Below, piece after piece: positions 17,403-26,631 of a stretch of DNA of 39,699 nucleotides (position 1 is its first letter; every line of letters starts with the position of its first letter). Made by a program: the position numbers and the translations under genes. The stretch is from an uncultured archaeon. GTDB taxonomy: Archaea; EX4484-52; B79-G9. Location: NCBI GenBank assembly GCA_965370715.1, contig CBDUVQ010000001.1, forward strand, positions 1 to 39,699, written 5' to 3'. The notes under the pieces were generated by a model that worked only from the letters and a program-made list of their open reading frames with translations, made no database searches and was not told where the DNA came from.

Positions 17403-17553
17403 GGGGCCTTGGGGTAGCTTCGCGCAATGCACACTGTTTTGCGCGCTACATTGGTATCCTTCCGGTTTCGGGGACCGGGGACCTGTGTTCAAATCATGCA
17501 ATTGCGTTGCAAACTCAAAGCCATCGCATGTGAAAGTCACAGGGGCCCCACCA
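17403..17553 (+). tRNA. tRNA-Pro (anticodon CGG) with two non-canonical introns and an encoded CCA
   Basis: Folded by eye. Acceptor GGGGCCU/GGGCCCC. Anticodon stem CCGGU/ACCGG with loop UUCGGGG. T-stem CUGUG/CACAG with T-loop UUCAAAU. Discriminator A plus CCA. The mature 76-nt form requires removing ~32 nt in the D-loop (about 17420-17451) and ~43 nt at the T-loop/T-stem junction (about 17494-17536). The D-stem has one G-U pair and one U-U pair. Confidence 0.85.
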
Positions 17554-17570
17554 ATTTATGAGGTGTAATT

Positions 17571-17900
17571 ATGCAACCAGTAATGAAGCAGGCACAACAG
17601 AATATAATGAAAAGTATGATACCGCCCATTTTCGCGGATGAAGCAGTGATAATAACTCCTGTTCGGGCAATGAAAGACAAAAACGGTAAAATAACAAAAG
17701 AAGGCCATGTGGTTGTTGTTTTTGTTGACATGACAACCCAGCAACCCGTCTCAAAAATTGCAATGACTATGACAACTGCAAAAAACCTTGAGCGCGCACT
17801 CACAAATTCTATAGGGCGCCTTGAAAAGGATCTCAAATCAAAGAACATTCCTACAAAGCCAATTGAAAAAACAGAAACTTCAACAAAATACATTGGGTGA
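17571..17900 (+). CDS. Small hypothetical protein, possibly DUF3467-like
   Basis: GAGGTG SD lies 7 nt upstream of the ATG. The pattern FADEAVIITP...VVVVFVDM...VSKIAMTMTTAKNLERAL loosely resembles DUF3467; the family call is tentative. Confidence 0.55.
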   Translation: MQPVMKQAQQNIMKSMIPPIFADEAVIITPVRAMKDKNGKITKEGHVVVVFVDMTTQQPVSKIAMTMTTAKNLERALTNSIGRLEKDLKSKNIPTKPIEKTETSTKYIG

Positions 17901-17904
17901 TGTT

Positions 17905-18453
17905 ATGGCTGATGACTGCATATTCTGTAAAATCATTTCTGGGCAGATACCTGCATTAAAGATATACGAAGACGCGAACTTCATAGGCATTCTTGACATA
18001 AACCCGAGGCGCCGCGGTCACGCTGTTGTAATACCAAAACGCCACGCAAAGACACTTCTTGATCTTTCCGAAAAGCTAACAGGAGAGTATCTTGAAGTTG
18101 TGCAGGCCGTTGCAAGGCATATAGTCGGGGCTCTTGGGGCAAAAGGGTTCAATTTCGGCTCAAACAATGGCGAGGCAGCAGGGCAAATGGTTCCGCATGT
18201 GCATATACACATACTGCCGAGATTCTCCGGCGAAAAAATAACAGCAGGCTTCGAGGCAATATTTCAGCCGGACGAAGCACTCAAAAAAGAGCTTGAGCCA
18301 ACAAATAAAAAAATCGGCAGGATTGCACCATTAATCAGGCCTGAATTTTCTGAACAAAAAGAAGAGAAACCGACGGAAGAAGAAAATGACAAGAAATCTG
18401 GAGAACCTGCATGGGACTTTAATGATCGAGCAAACCAGCCAACGAATTTCTAG
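17905..18453 (+). CDS. HIT-family nucleotide hydrolase/transferase with an acidic/Lys-rich C-terminal tail
   Basis: CIFCKIISGQIP, and the histidine triad HVHIHILPR. Trimmed from track ORF 17821 to the ATG at 17905, which follows GGGTGAT. Confidence 0.85.
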   Translation: MADDCIFCKIISGQIPALKIYEDANFIGILDINPRRRGHAVVIPKRHAKTLLDLSEKLTGEYLEVVQAVARHIVGALGAKGFNFGSNNGEAAGQMVPHVHIHILPRFSGEKITAGFEAIFQPDEALKKELEPTNKKIGRIAPLIRPEFSEQKEEKPTEEENDKKSGEPAWDFNDRANQPTNF

Positions 18454-18604
18454 GCGCAAGAATTATAAGCTTTTGTGGTACACGTTACCTATGCGAAAAA
18501 CAAGCTTTTGCGGAACTGACAAATTTATTGCACTGATTAGTTCTATTATTATCCGCTAAAGCCCAAACCCGCTTAAACAACTTTTTTGGAGGGAATTAAT
18601 ATGG

Positions 18605-18925
18605 GTGAATGTATTATCTGTCGATAAACAAAAAATAATTAAGTTGTATTCATGTCCGTACTTTGATGGACGAATTGAAGCGTTTCAAACAGGGCACAGC
18701 ATACGCAGTTGCACAGAGTTGCAAAAAGTAGCCAACCTATATGGGCTCGACACTCTTGTCGACACTGTTATGAGATATTTTCTTAGTGAACTCACTAACA
18801 CAGATGCACCTCTAATTTATGATGGGGACGTGCCCGTTCTCACTCGAAAAGAGAAGGCATACAATCTTGCCCTAAAAACTGTTGCAGACCCAAGAAAACT
18901 TGAACAGCTGCTTGCAAACCCTTAA
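18605..18925 (+). CDS. Hypothetical protein with an uncertain start
   Basis: 106-codon ORF with an apparent GTG start. No motif recognised. The strong GGAGGG at 18588-18593 is better spaced for an out-of-frame ATG at 18601. Confidence 0.35.
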   Translation: MNVLSVDKQKIIKLYSCPYFDGRIEAFQTGHSIRSCTELQKVANLYGLDTLVDTVMRYFLSELTNTDAPLIYDGDVPVLTRKEKAYNLALKTVADPRKLEQLLANP

Positions 18926-18956
18926 AAACATTAAAAAAGCACTACTTGTGATCATC

Positions 18957-21900
18957 ATGTACGACCAAAAACAAATCGAGAAGGATGTGTCAAAGCTATG
19001 GAAAAAAGAGGACGTTCCGAACAAAGTTCGAACCAGAAATCCGGATGGCAAAAAATGCTATGTCCTTGACGGTCCACCGTACACAACGGGCGAGCCGCAT
19101 GTCGGGCATCTTAGGACCACCCTTGCAAAAGACCTCTGGATAAAGCTTCGCATGATGCAGGGATATAATGTGCGCATACAACCGGGTTTTGACTGCAACG
19201 GGCTTCCGATTGAGAACAAGGTCGAGCAGGAACTTGGTGTCAAGTGCAAGAGCGACATAGAAAAAATCGGTGTTGACAAATTTATCGGCAAATGTGAGCA
19301 GTATGCTGAGGGGAATATTCCAAAATGGCTTGGCGTCTACAAGCGCTTTGCAGCATGGGTTGGCTGGGTTGAGCCGTACAAAACTTACATGAACTACTAT
19401 CATGAAAGCGGCTGGTGGACAATAAAACAGATTCATGACAAGGGATTTCTTGTTCCAGGCGAAAAGCCGCTTTACTGGTGCCCTCACTGTGAGACTGCGA
19501 TTTCTGCTTTTGAAGCGCAGGACAGCTACAAGGATGTTACAGATCCGGCAGTTTATGTGAAGTTCCCACTCAAAGAAAAGAAAAATGAGTATCTGGTGAT
19601 ATTCACGACAACTCCATGGACTCTTCCTGCAAATGTTGCCGCAGCAGTACATCCTGATGAAAAATACGTTAGAGTTCAGGCAAACAGCGACATACTTATT
19701 CTCGCAGAAAAGCTGCTAAAAGATGTTATGAAAAAAGCAAAGGTTTCTAATTACAAAGTTCTTGAAACATTTCCGGGAAAGAAACTTGAGGGAACAGAGT
19801 ACCTGCCGGCACTTGATGTCCCGCTTCAAAAAGGGCTTGAAAAAGAAGCTAAGGCGCAAAAAGTAATTCTTTCGGTTCCGATACTCCTGAAAAAGGGCGC
19901 AGGAAAGACCGCGGTCAAGACAGGCTCTGATACAAAGGCAGAATTCGGCCATCTTGTTACAATGGATGTCGGAACAGGTATCGTCCATATTGCTCCCGGC
20001 CACGGGCAGGAAGATAATCGCATAGGCGCGCACTACGGCCTGCCTATTGTTTCACCTGTAAAGGAGGACGGCACATTTGAGGATACTGTGGGGCAATTTT
20101 CAGGGATTTTTGTCAAAGATGCTGACAAAAAAATAATCGCTTATCTGAAAGAGCGCGGGCTTTTGCTTTATACAGAACAAATAACCCACGCATACCCCTT
20201 ATGCTGGAGATGTAAAAGCCCTTTGCTGTTCCGAATGAGCAAGCAGTGGTTCTTCAAGATTGACGCAATAAAGCAGAAAATGATTGATGCTAACAGAAAG
20301 ATAAACTGGATGCCTGAATTTGCGCGCGTCCGTATGCACAACTGGCTTGAGGACGCTGAAGACTGGGCATTTTCCACACAAAGGTATTGGGGAATAGCAA
20401 TACCTATCTGGGTGTGCGAAGATTGCGGTAAAACCAAAGTCATAGGCTCACGTAAAGAGCTTCAAAAAGAATCCATAGAAAAAATACCGGATGATGTTGA
20501 CTTGCACAAAAACACTGTTGACAAAATCCACATCAAGTGCCCGTGCGGCAAAACAATGAACCGCATCCGCGACACAGCAAATGTGTGGTTTGACTCAGGC
20601 ATTGCACCCTGGGCATCAATGGGATACCCGTTCCAGAACAAGGATGTGTTTGAAAAATTCTTTCCAGCAGACCAAATATCAGAGAGTCAGGATCAGGTTC
20701 GCGCATGGTTTTATCACATGCTTTTCATGGGAATGATAACTTTTGATGAGACTCCTTTCAAAGCAGCATCAGTCACTGGATGGGTGCTTGACAAAAAGGG
20801 AGAAAAAATGTCAAAGTCCCTTGGGAACGTCATTTTAGCAGAAGATGCTATAGAGGAGCTTGGCACAGATGTTGTGCGCTTCTACTATTGCTTTGACACC
20901 GCATCATGGGAGACACAAAAGTTCAACAAAGACTCTGCGCGCGAGATAAACAGAATTCTGAATTCCCTTTGGAATGTGAAAGAGTTCTACAAGAGCTATG
21001 GCGGAACAGGAAAAGAAAAAATAACTCCCAAACTTCTCAGAAAAGAAGACAAGTGGATACTTTCGCGGGCAAACACCCTGACAAAAGAATACACCACACA
21101 TCTTGAAAAATTCGAGTGGCATTTTGCAGGAAGGAAAATGGCAGAATTTATACTAAATGACTTTTCGCGCTGGTACATAAAGCTTGTGCGCGAGAGAGTG
21201 TCAACCTCTTACAAAGGCGATGACCAAGAAAACGTTTTTGCAGTGAGCGCATATATTCTTCGAAAAATAGCACTCTTACTCACACCTGTTTGCCCGTTTA
21301 TGTCAGAGGCGATATTTCAGGAAATGAAACCTTCCGGCACAAAAGAGAAATCTGTGCATTTCTGCGAATGGCCAAAACCTGATAAGGAATACATGGACGC
21401 GTCTCTGGAAAAAGACATGGATGTTACAAAAAGAATTGTCGAGGCATCAAATTCAGCGCGACAGGACAATGACCTCAAGCTTCGATGGCCGCTTCGAAAA
21501 ATGACTGTTTCAGGCGAAAAAGATGTTATTGCATCAGCAAAGAATTCAAAAGAAATCCTAAAATTCATGGCAAATGTCCTTGATGTTGATTTTGGCATGC
21601 TGAAACTGGAAGTCGTGGCAAAACCAAACTACAAAGTGCTCGGTCCGGCATTTGGCAAAAAAGCAAAAGAGGCTGCATTATTGATAGAAAAAATTGACTC
21701 TAAAAAAATACAGGAACTTTCTTCAAAGGGAAAAATATCCCTCGGCAGCTTCAAAGTCACAAAAGATATGGTGCTGATAAAAGAGAGTATTCCAGAAGGC
21801 GTTGCCGGAAAGACCTTTGAGGGCGGAAGCGTTTATCTTGACGCAACGCGCGATAAAGATATGCTTGAAGAGGCAGCAGTACGCGAGCTCATACGCCACG

Positions 21901-22094
21901 TGCAAATCATGCGCAAGGAATCCGGGCTTGATGTCAAAGAAAGAATAATGATTTCTTTTTCAGGAGAAGAAAAATTTGTGGAAAAGCACAACAAGAAACT
22001 TGAAACCGGGACAAATTCAACAATAGGTTCTGGCTGCAAAAAGAAGCAGGGCACATTCAAATTTGAAAAAATGAATATTGACGTCTTCTTTTAA
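18957..22094 (+). CDS. ileS: Isoleucyl-tRNA synthetase
   Basis: HIGH-type motif PHVGHL and KMSKS. It also has an editing-domain-sized insertion (not verified by motif), Zn-type CxxC pairs, and archaeal-type length. Trimmed to the ATG at 18957 (MYDQKQIEKDVSKLW). Confidence 0.95.
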   Translation: MYDQKQIEKDVSKLWKKEDVPNKVRTRNPDGKKCYVLDGPPYTTGEPHVGHLRTTLAKDLWIKLRMMQGYNVRIQPGFDCNGLPIENKVEQELGVKCKSDIEKIGVDKFIGKCEQYAEGNIPKWLGVYKRFAAWVGWVEPYKTYMNYYHESGWWTIKQIHDKGFLVPGEKPLYWCPHCETAISAFEAQDSYKDVTDPAVYVKFPLKEKKNEYLVIFTTTPWTLPANVAAAVHPDEKYVRVQANSDILILAEKLLKDVMKKAKVSNYKVLETFPGKKLEGTEYLPALDVPLQKGLEKEAKAQKVILSVPILLKKGAGKTAVKTGSDTKAEFGHLVTMDVGTGIVHIAPGHGQEDNRIGAHYGLPIVSPVKEDGTFEDTVGQFSGIFVKDADKKIIAYLKERGLLLYTEQITHAYPLCWRCKSPLLFRMSKQWFFKIDAIKQKMIDANRKINWMPEFARVRMHNWLEDAEDWAFSTQRYWGIAIPIWVCEDCGKTKVIGSRKELQKESIEKIPDDVDLHKNTVDKIHIKCPCGKTMNRIRDTANVWFDSGIAPWASMGYPFQNKDVFEKFFPADQISESQDQVRAWFYHMLFMGMITFDETPFKAASVTGWVLDKKGEKMSKSLGNVILAEDAIEELGTDVVRFYYCFDTASWETQKFNKDSAREINRILNSLWNVKEFYKSYGGTGKEKITPKLLRKEDKWILSRANTLTKEYTTHLEKFEWHFAGRKMAEFILNDFSRWYIKLVRERVSTSYKGDDQENVFAVSAYILRKIALLLTPVCPFMSEAIFQEMKPSGTKEKSVHFCEWPKPDKEYMDASLEKDMDVTKRIVEASNSARQDNDLKLRWPLRKMTVSGEKDVIASAKNSKEILKFMANVLDVDFGMLKLEVVAKPNYKVLGPAFGKKAKEAALLIEKIDSKKIQELSSKGKISLGSFKVTKDMVLIKESIPEGVAGKTFEGGSVYLDATRDKDMLEEAAVRELIRHVQIMRKESGLDVKERIMISFSGEEKFVEKHNKKLETGTNSTIGSGCKKKQGTFKFEKMNIDVFF

Positions 22095-22120
22095 GTGTTT
22101 GAGGCGAAAAGAAACTGTGG

Positions 22121-22492
22121 GTGATTGATTTGGAGGTCGCGCTTTCAACATACGCAGGATTTTTTATTGTGGTTTCTCTTGGCACATTCATCTTTTTCAC
22201 AGTAGCGTCTTTTTTCTTATTCGGCATATCCCAGATGATTAAAAAAAGAGAGATTGTTGTTCGCGGATTTGTCAGGACAAACTTCCAGAGAGTCGGCATC
22301 TTCTCATTATTAAACGGACTTTCAGCAACAGCGATAAGCGCATGGTGGCTTTCTGACTTTGTGCCAAAAGAACTCGGGGGTGCACTTGTCGGCCCCTTTG
22401 TAATTATAATTTCCGCGCTCACAACCACGACTTTTTTCTGGCTTATCGCGCTTATAATAGAGTTCGTCTTGCGCATCAAGAAAATGCCTTAG
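22121..22492 (+). CDS. Small integral membrane protein of unknown function
   Basis: Three to four hydrophobic helices. Apparent GTG start. Lies directly upstream of the A24 peptidase gene. Confidence 0.4.
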   Translation: MIDLEVALSTYAGFFIVVSLGTFIFFTVASFFLFGISQMIKKREIVVRGFVRTNFQRVGIFSLLNGLSATAISAWWLSDFVPKELGGALVGPFVIIISALTTTTFFWLIALIIEFVLRIKKMP

Positions 22493-22522
22493 ATTTAATA
22501 AAGTCAATCCATAAATACCCTT

Positions 22523-23416
22523 ATGATTGAGATTCTTCTTTTTGCAGCAGCTCTCATAGGAACCGCCGCAGGAGGCTGGATTGACCTTAAGACAACAGAG
22601 ATACCTGATATTGTCCCGGCATCAATGGCCGGAGCAGGTCTTATTCTTCACATAGCAGAAGCATATTTTGCCGGAAGCATGTTCCCTCTTTATGCAGCCT
22701 TTGCTGCGGCAATTGGGTATCTTGCATTCGGATATGTGCTTTACTACACAGGCCAGTGGGGAGAGGCAGATGTTTTGCTTCTCGGGGCAATAGGATTTCT
22801 TCTGCCCGTTGCACCTTCCTTTTTCAATACCACGGCAGCAGGCACCATCTGGTATGCATACCCTTTGATTTTTCTCCTAAACACATTCATTGTCGGTGGT
22901 GTTTATTCAATAATTTACGCCTTCATTGTTGCTTTCCGTGAAAAGCACGTCATAAAATCATTTTATTCTGATATTCAAGCCAACGCAAAAAGCTTTTCAA
23001 AAATAGCTCTTCTTTTCCTTGCCGGCGCTGCTATTATAGCGGCATACATATCAACATACATTGTTCGAATCCCCATGTATTTTCTCATGGAGCGCGCCCT
23101 TGTGATCCTGCCTGCAATCATACTGCTTTTCCTTATCTACCGGTTCGCAATTGTGGTTGACAAAACAGCGTTTCGCAAAAAAGTGTTGTCAAACAAGCTT
23201 CAGGAAGGCGATGTGCTTGCAGAGAGTATAACTGCTGGCAAACTAAAAATGGGCGGCAAGCTTTTCGTAGGCCTGACAAAAAACCAGATAAAAAAGATAC
23301 AGAATGCAAAAAAGACAGTATGGATAAAAGAAGGTATAAGATACGGCCCTACATTTTTTCTGGCACTTGTCGCAACATGGCTTTATGGGAATATTCTTCT
23401 GATTGCAATGGTGTAA
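22523..23416 (+). CDS. A24-family aspartic peptidase (archaeal prepilin/preflagellin peptidase, FlaK/PibD-like)
   Basis: Polytopic membrane protein. The first catalytic Asp context is GGWIDLKTTEIPD and the second is QWGEADVLLLGAIG. A soluble insertion precedes the last TM helix. The TATA-like ATTTAATAAA lies ~26 nt upstream of the ATG. Confidence 0.8.
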   Translation: MIEILLFAAALIGTAAGGWIDLKTTEIPDIVPASMAGAGLILHIAEAYFAGSMFPLYAAFAAAIGYLAFGYVLYYTGQWGEADVLLLGAIGFLLPVAPSFFNTTAAGTIWYAYPLIFLLNTFIVGGVYSIIYAFIVAFREKHVIKSFYSDIQANAKSFSKIALLFLAGAAIIAAYISTYIVRIPMYFLMERALVILPAIILLFLIYRFAIVVDKTAFRKKVLSNKLQEGDVLAESITAGKLKMGGKLFVGLTKNQIKKIQNAKKTVWIKEGIRYGPTFFLALVATWLYGNILLIAMV

Positions 23417-24152
23417 AAAAGAACAGTGGGATACTATGGTAGATGCAGCAAAACTTTTTGATGAGTGGGCAGAGAAATATGATGAATACCTGCCGCATTT
23501 TCCGGTTTATAAAAAACTAATGAACATCGTTCTTCAGAATGCAAATATATCATCTGGCGCAAAAGTTCTTGATGTCGGCATAGGAACTGGAAATACAAGC
23601 CTTGGCATTTTCGCCAAAACACCATGCATGATAACAGGCGTTGATGTCTCTGAAAAAATGATGCGCGTTGCAAAAGAAAAAGCAAATGAAATTGGTGCTG
23701 AAATCAAGACAATTGTCTCAAGTGCAGATAAGATGGAGTTAAATGATGATTTTGATTTGGCAGTTGCCGCGTTCTCAATACATCATCTGGAGCAAGAAGG
23801 AAAACTTGAATCATTCAAAAGAATTTACGCCGCCCTAAAGGAAGGCGGGCGATTTATTCTGGTAGATATAACCATAGAAATTGATGCAAGCATACTGGAT
23901 GAAAAACGCCTTGAGCATATCATCAACAGGTGGGGTTGTGAAGCATTATACGCTCTCAAATATATTGGTCCTGAAGCTGTCGACACATCCCTACGCGGCC
24001 TAAAAGATGTTTTTTACAGGAACGGAGAATATGCCGAAACCCCGTCGAAATTGAAAGAACTTTTGAAGCAGGTCGGATTTAAATTGGTCAAACACGAAGA
24101 GCCTGATAAAAGAATCGGCTATCAAGTCTTTGTCTGCGACAAAAAGAACTGA
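23403..24152 (+). CDS. Class I SAM-dependent methyltransferase
   Basis: Motif I VLDVGIGTGNTS and a post-motif acidic residue (GVDVSEKM). The likely true start is the ATG at 23436 (MVDAAKLFDEW). Confidence 0.8.
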   Translation: MQWCKKEQWDTMVDAAKLFDEWAEKYDEYLPHFPVYKKLMNIVLQNANISSGAKVLDVGIGTGNTSLGIFAKTPCMITGVDVSEKMMRVAKEKANEIGAEIKTIVSSADKMELNDDFDLAVAAFSIHHLEQEGKLESFKRIYAALKEGGRFILVDITIEIDASILDEKRLEHIINRWGCEALYALKYIGPEAVDTSLRGLKDVFYRNGEYAETPSKLKELLKQVGFKLVKHEEPDKRIGYQVFVCDKKN

Positions 24153-24159
24153 ATATTTT

Positions 24160-26307
24160 TTATCGTATCTTCGCGCCTTCAAAAACATTTTCTACATGCA
24201 CTTTTTTGCCTGCGCACACAAGAGAGGCTCCTGAAACATTGACTCCTTTGTCTTTTGTAGTCGCCATTGTGTTTTTCTGGAAATCCTCAAATGAGAAAAC
24301 ATCTATAGGATTCTGCACAACGCCTTCTGCTGACACAACCTCGCCAGGCTCTGCTTCACAGAAAAGAAGGCTTAGGTGCTTTTCGTCGTCAGCGACAAGA
24401 ACCATTGCCTGCGACTCCACCCCGCGTATCTTTGACGGCTTTATGTTGTAGAGAAACACTGCGGTCTTTCCTACAATGTCTTCTGTCTTGTACTCGCTTT
24501 TTATTCCTGCCACAACAGAGCGCTTTTCATCCTTGAAGTCAACGCCAAGCACGTAAAGACGATCCGCGTTCGGATGGTTTACAGCAGATATTATCTTTCC
24601 TACGCGAAGTGCCATTCGAGTGAATGGGTCTCCTTCGTTTTCTGGTTTTGTCTTTTTTGTATCTGTTTTGTTAGAATCGTCTTTTTCTGAAATCTCGTTG
24701 TCCTCAATCTTTTTGAATAATGGGCTTGGCTCTTGAATCTTTTGTCCTGCAGAAACGAGAAATGATGTATCGTTCCAAACCGCGCCTTTAATTCCCAGAA
24801 ATCCCTGAAGGATTTTTGCTGTGTTCGGTATGAACGGCTCCAGAACAACTGAAAGCGCGCCTATTGCGCGAGCGCATACAAAGAGCGTTGTGTCGCACTT
24901 CTCCTTTTTCTCCTGAATTGTTTTCCATGGGCACGCCTCATTGAAATACTTGTTGCACTCATGCGTAAATGCCATAATTTCCTCAAGCGCGCGCTTGAGT
25001 TCGATATTTTCCATGTGCTTTGCTACGTTTTCAGGCAAAGCATCTATTTTTTTCTGAAATTCTATGTCTTTGTCATCAAGTGCCGATGGTTTTGGCACAA
25101 CCCCGCCGTACCTTGATGAAATAAATGTCATAGTCCGGTGGACAAAATTACCGAATGCATCTGAAAGGTCAGAGTTGCACTTTGACTGGAACTCGTTCCA
25201 TGAAAAGTTGACATCAACCGTGCTGTTAGGGGTTGATGTTGTAAGATAATACCGAAGATAATCCGGCTTAAAGCGCGCAAGGTAGTCTTTAATTGTTATG
25301 AATGTTCCCCTGCTCTTGCTCATTTTCTCTGACTCAACAGTCAGATATCCGCGAGTCGGTATTGCTGTGGGTAACGCTAAACCGGCTGCCATCAAAAGTG
25401 CAGGCCAGAAAAGGTAGTGAAAGTATATAATGTCTTTTCCGATGAAATGAACTATTCTGGAGTCCTTGCTCTTCCAGAAGTCTTCCCAATTCCTGTTCGC
25501 GCCCTCCGCCCATTTCACAGTTGATGACACATATCCAATCGGCGCGTCAAGCCACACATAATAGTATTTATCTTCCTCGCCCGGAATCTTAAATCCAAAG
25601 TAAGGTCCGTTCCTTGTTATGTCCCAGTCCTTGAGCCCTTCCTTTAGCCAGCCAGATACATAGTTCTTTACCTCTTTTTGAAGGTTCTTATTTGACTCAA
25701 GATATTCCTTAAGCCTTTTTTCATAAAGCGAGAGCTTGAAGAAGTAGTGCTCATCCTCTTTCTTGACCGGAGTTTTGCCGCAGATCGCGCACTTCGGGTT
25801 CTTCAGCTCTCCTCCTGCATGAGTCTTTCCGCATGCCTCGCACACGTCACCATACTGGTCGCCTGCCCCGCATGCAGGGCACTCGCCCTTGACATACCTG
25901 TCAGGCAGATACCTTTTGCAGTTTTCGCAGTATGTCAGAAGAACCTTTTTCTTAAATATCGCGCCTGCCTTGTTCGCGCACTCGAAAAAGTGGTTTGACA
26001 TCTTTTGGTTCTCAGGCGAGTGAGTGTGGTAAAACATATCAAACGAGACCCCCATTGCATCAAAGTCCCTTGAGTGCTCCTCGTGAAATTTCTTAACGAA
26101 TTCTTCGGGCTTTATTCCCACCTTTTCAGCATTTATCTGTATCGGAGTCCCGTGCTCGTCAGACGCGCACACAAAAGCGACATCGTTTCCCATAAGCCGA
26201 TGATATCTCGTATATATGTCTGACGGAAGATATGTAGATGCAAGATGCCCCAGATGCAGTGGTCCGTTCGCATAAGGAAGTGCTGCTGTAACAAGTATTT
26301 TTGCCAT
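24160..26307 (-). CDS. metG: Methionyl-tRNA synthetase with a C-terminal Trbp111/EMAPII-like tRNA-binding domain
   Basis: HLGHL, KMSKS, zinc knuckles CPACG...CEACG and CAICG, and the C-terminal OB-fold segment LRVGKIISAVNHPNADRLYVLGVDF. Confidence 0.95.
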   Translation of the reverse strand: MAKILVTAALPYANGPLHLGHLASTYLPSDIYTRYHRLMGNDVAFVCASDEHGTPIQINAEKVGIKPEEFVKKFHEEHSRDFDAMGVSFDMFYHTHSPENQKMSNHFFECANKAGAIFKKKVLLTYCENCKRYLPDRYVKGECPACGAGDQYGDVCEACGKTHAGGELKNPKCAICGKTPVKKEDEHYFFKLSLYEKRLKEYLESNKNLQKEVKNYVSGWLKEGLKDWDITRNGPYFGFKIPGEEDKYYYVWLDAPIGYVSSTVKWAEGANRNWEDFWKSKDSRIVHFIGKDIIYFHYLFWPALLMAAGLALPTAIPTRGYLTVESEKMSKSRGTFITIKDYLARFKPDYLRYYLTTSTPNSTVDVNFSWNEFQSKCNSDLSDAFGNFVHRTMTFISSRYGGVVPKPSALDDKDIEFQKKIDALPENVAKHMENIELKRALEEIMAFTHECNKYFNEACPWKTIQEKKEKCDTTLFVCARAIGALSVVLEPFIPNTAKILQGFLGIKGAVWNDTSFLVSAGQKIQEPSPLFKKIEDNEISEKDDSNKTDTKKTKPENEGDPFTRMALRVGKIISAVNHPNADRLYVLGVDFKDEKRSVVAGIKSEYKTEDIVGKTAVFLYNIKPSKIRGVESQAMVLVADDEKHLSLLFCEAEPGEVVSAEGVVQNPIDVFSFEDFQKNTMATTKDKGVNVSGASLVCAGKKVHVENVFEGAKIR

Positions 26308-26336
26308 AGTATCACCAAAAACTTGTCATTGAATCC

Positions 26337-26347
26337 TTTAAATATTA
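26337..26347. promoter_or_regulatory. TATA-like box (TTTAAATATTA) in the metG / SAMP-like divergent region
   Basis: It is centred 25 nt upstream of the ATG at 26367, consistent with a leaderless transcript. On the other strand it precedes the metG GGTGAT SD. Confidence 0.35.
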
Positions 26348-26366
26348 TCGGAAAAGATAGTATTTC

Positions 26367-26621
26367 ATGCGCATCGTATATTTCGGGCATTTCGGGAAGA
26401 TTGTAGGAAAACCAGAGGACTCGCTTGATATCCGAAAATCAACGGTTTCAGATGTTATTGGTATTATTGAGGAAAAAAGCCCTGGCTTAAAAAAAGAGTC
26501 AGAAGGGCATGATGCGCTCATTCTCAAGAACGGAGTGAATATTGAAGGGCTTCGCGGGATTAATACGCTTTTGACAGATAATGATACTTTGACGTTCGCG
26601 CATAAGGTTGTTGGGGGATAA
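26367..26621 (+). CDS. MoaD/ThiS-family ubiquitin-like small protein (SAMP-like) ending in Gly-Gly
   Basis: 84 aa in the beta-grasp size range. It terminates ...FAHKVVGG directly before the stop codon. Confidence 0.7.
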   Translation: MRIVYFGHFGKIVGKPEDSLDIRKSTVSDVIGIIEEKSPGLKKESEGHDALILKNGVNIEGLRGINTLLTDNDTLTFAHKVVGG

Positions 26622-26631
26622 CAAAAGATAC

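Noticed and set aside
17821-17904. N-terminal extensions in the track for HIT (17821), IleRS (18882), FEN-1 (29116), the nucleotidyltransferase (27743) and RuBisCO (32878)
   Set aside because: The conserved family N-termini begin at internal Met codons (17905, 18957, 29194, 27689, 32902). Three of these (17905, 18957, 32902) are preceded by GGTGA/GTGA-like SD sequences. The extensions overlap upstream genes or promoters.
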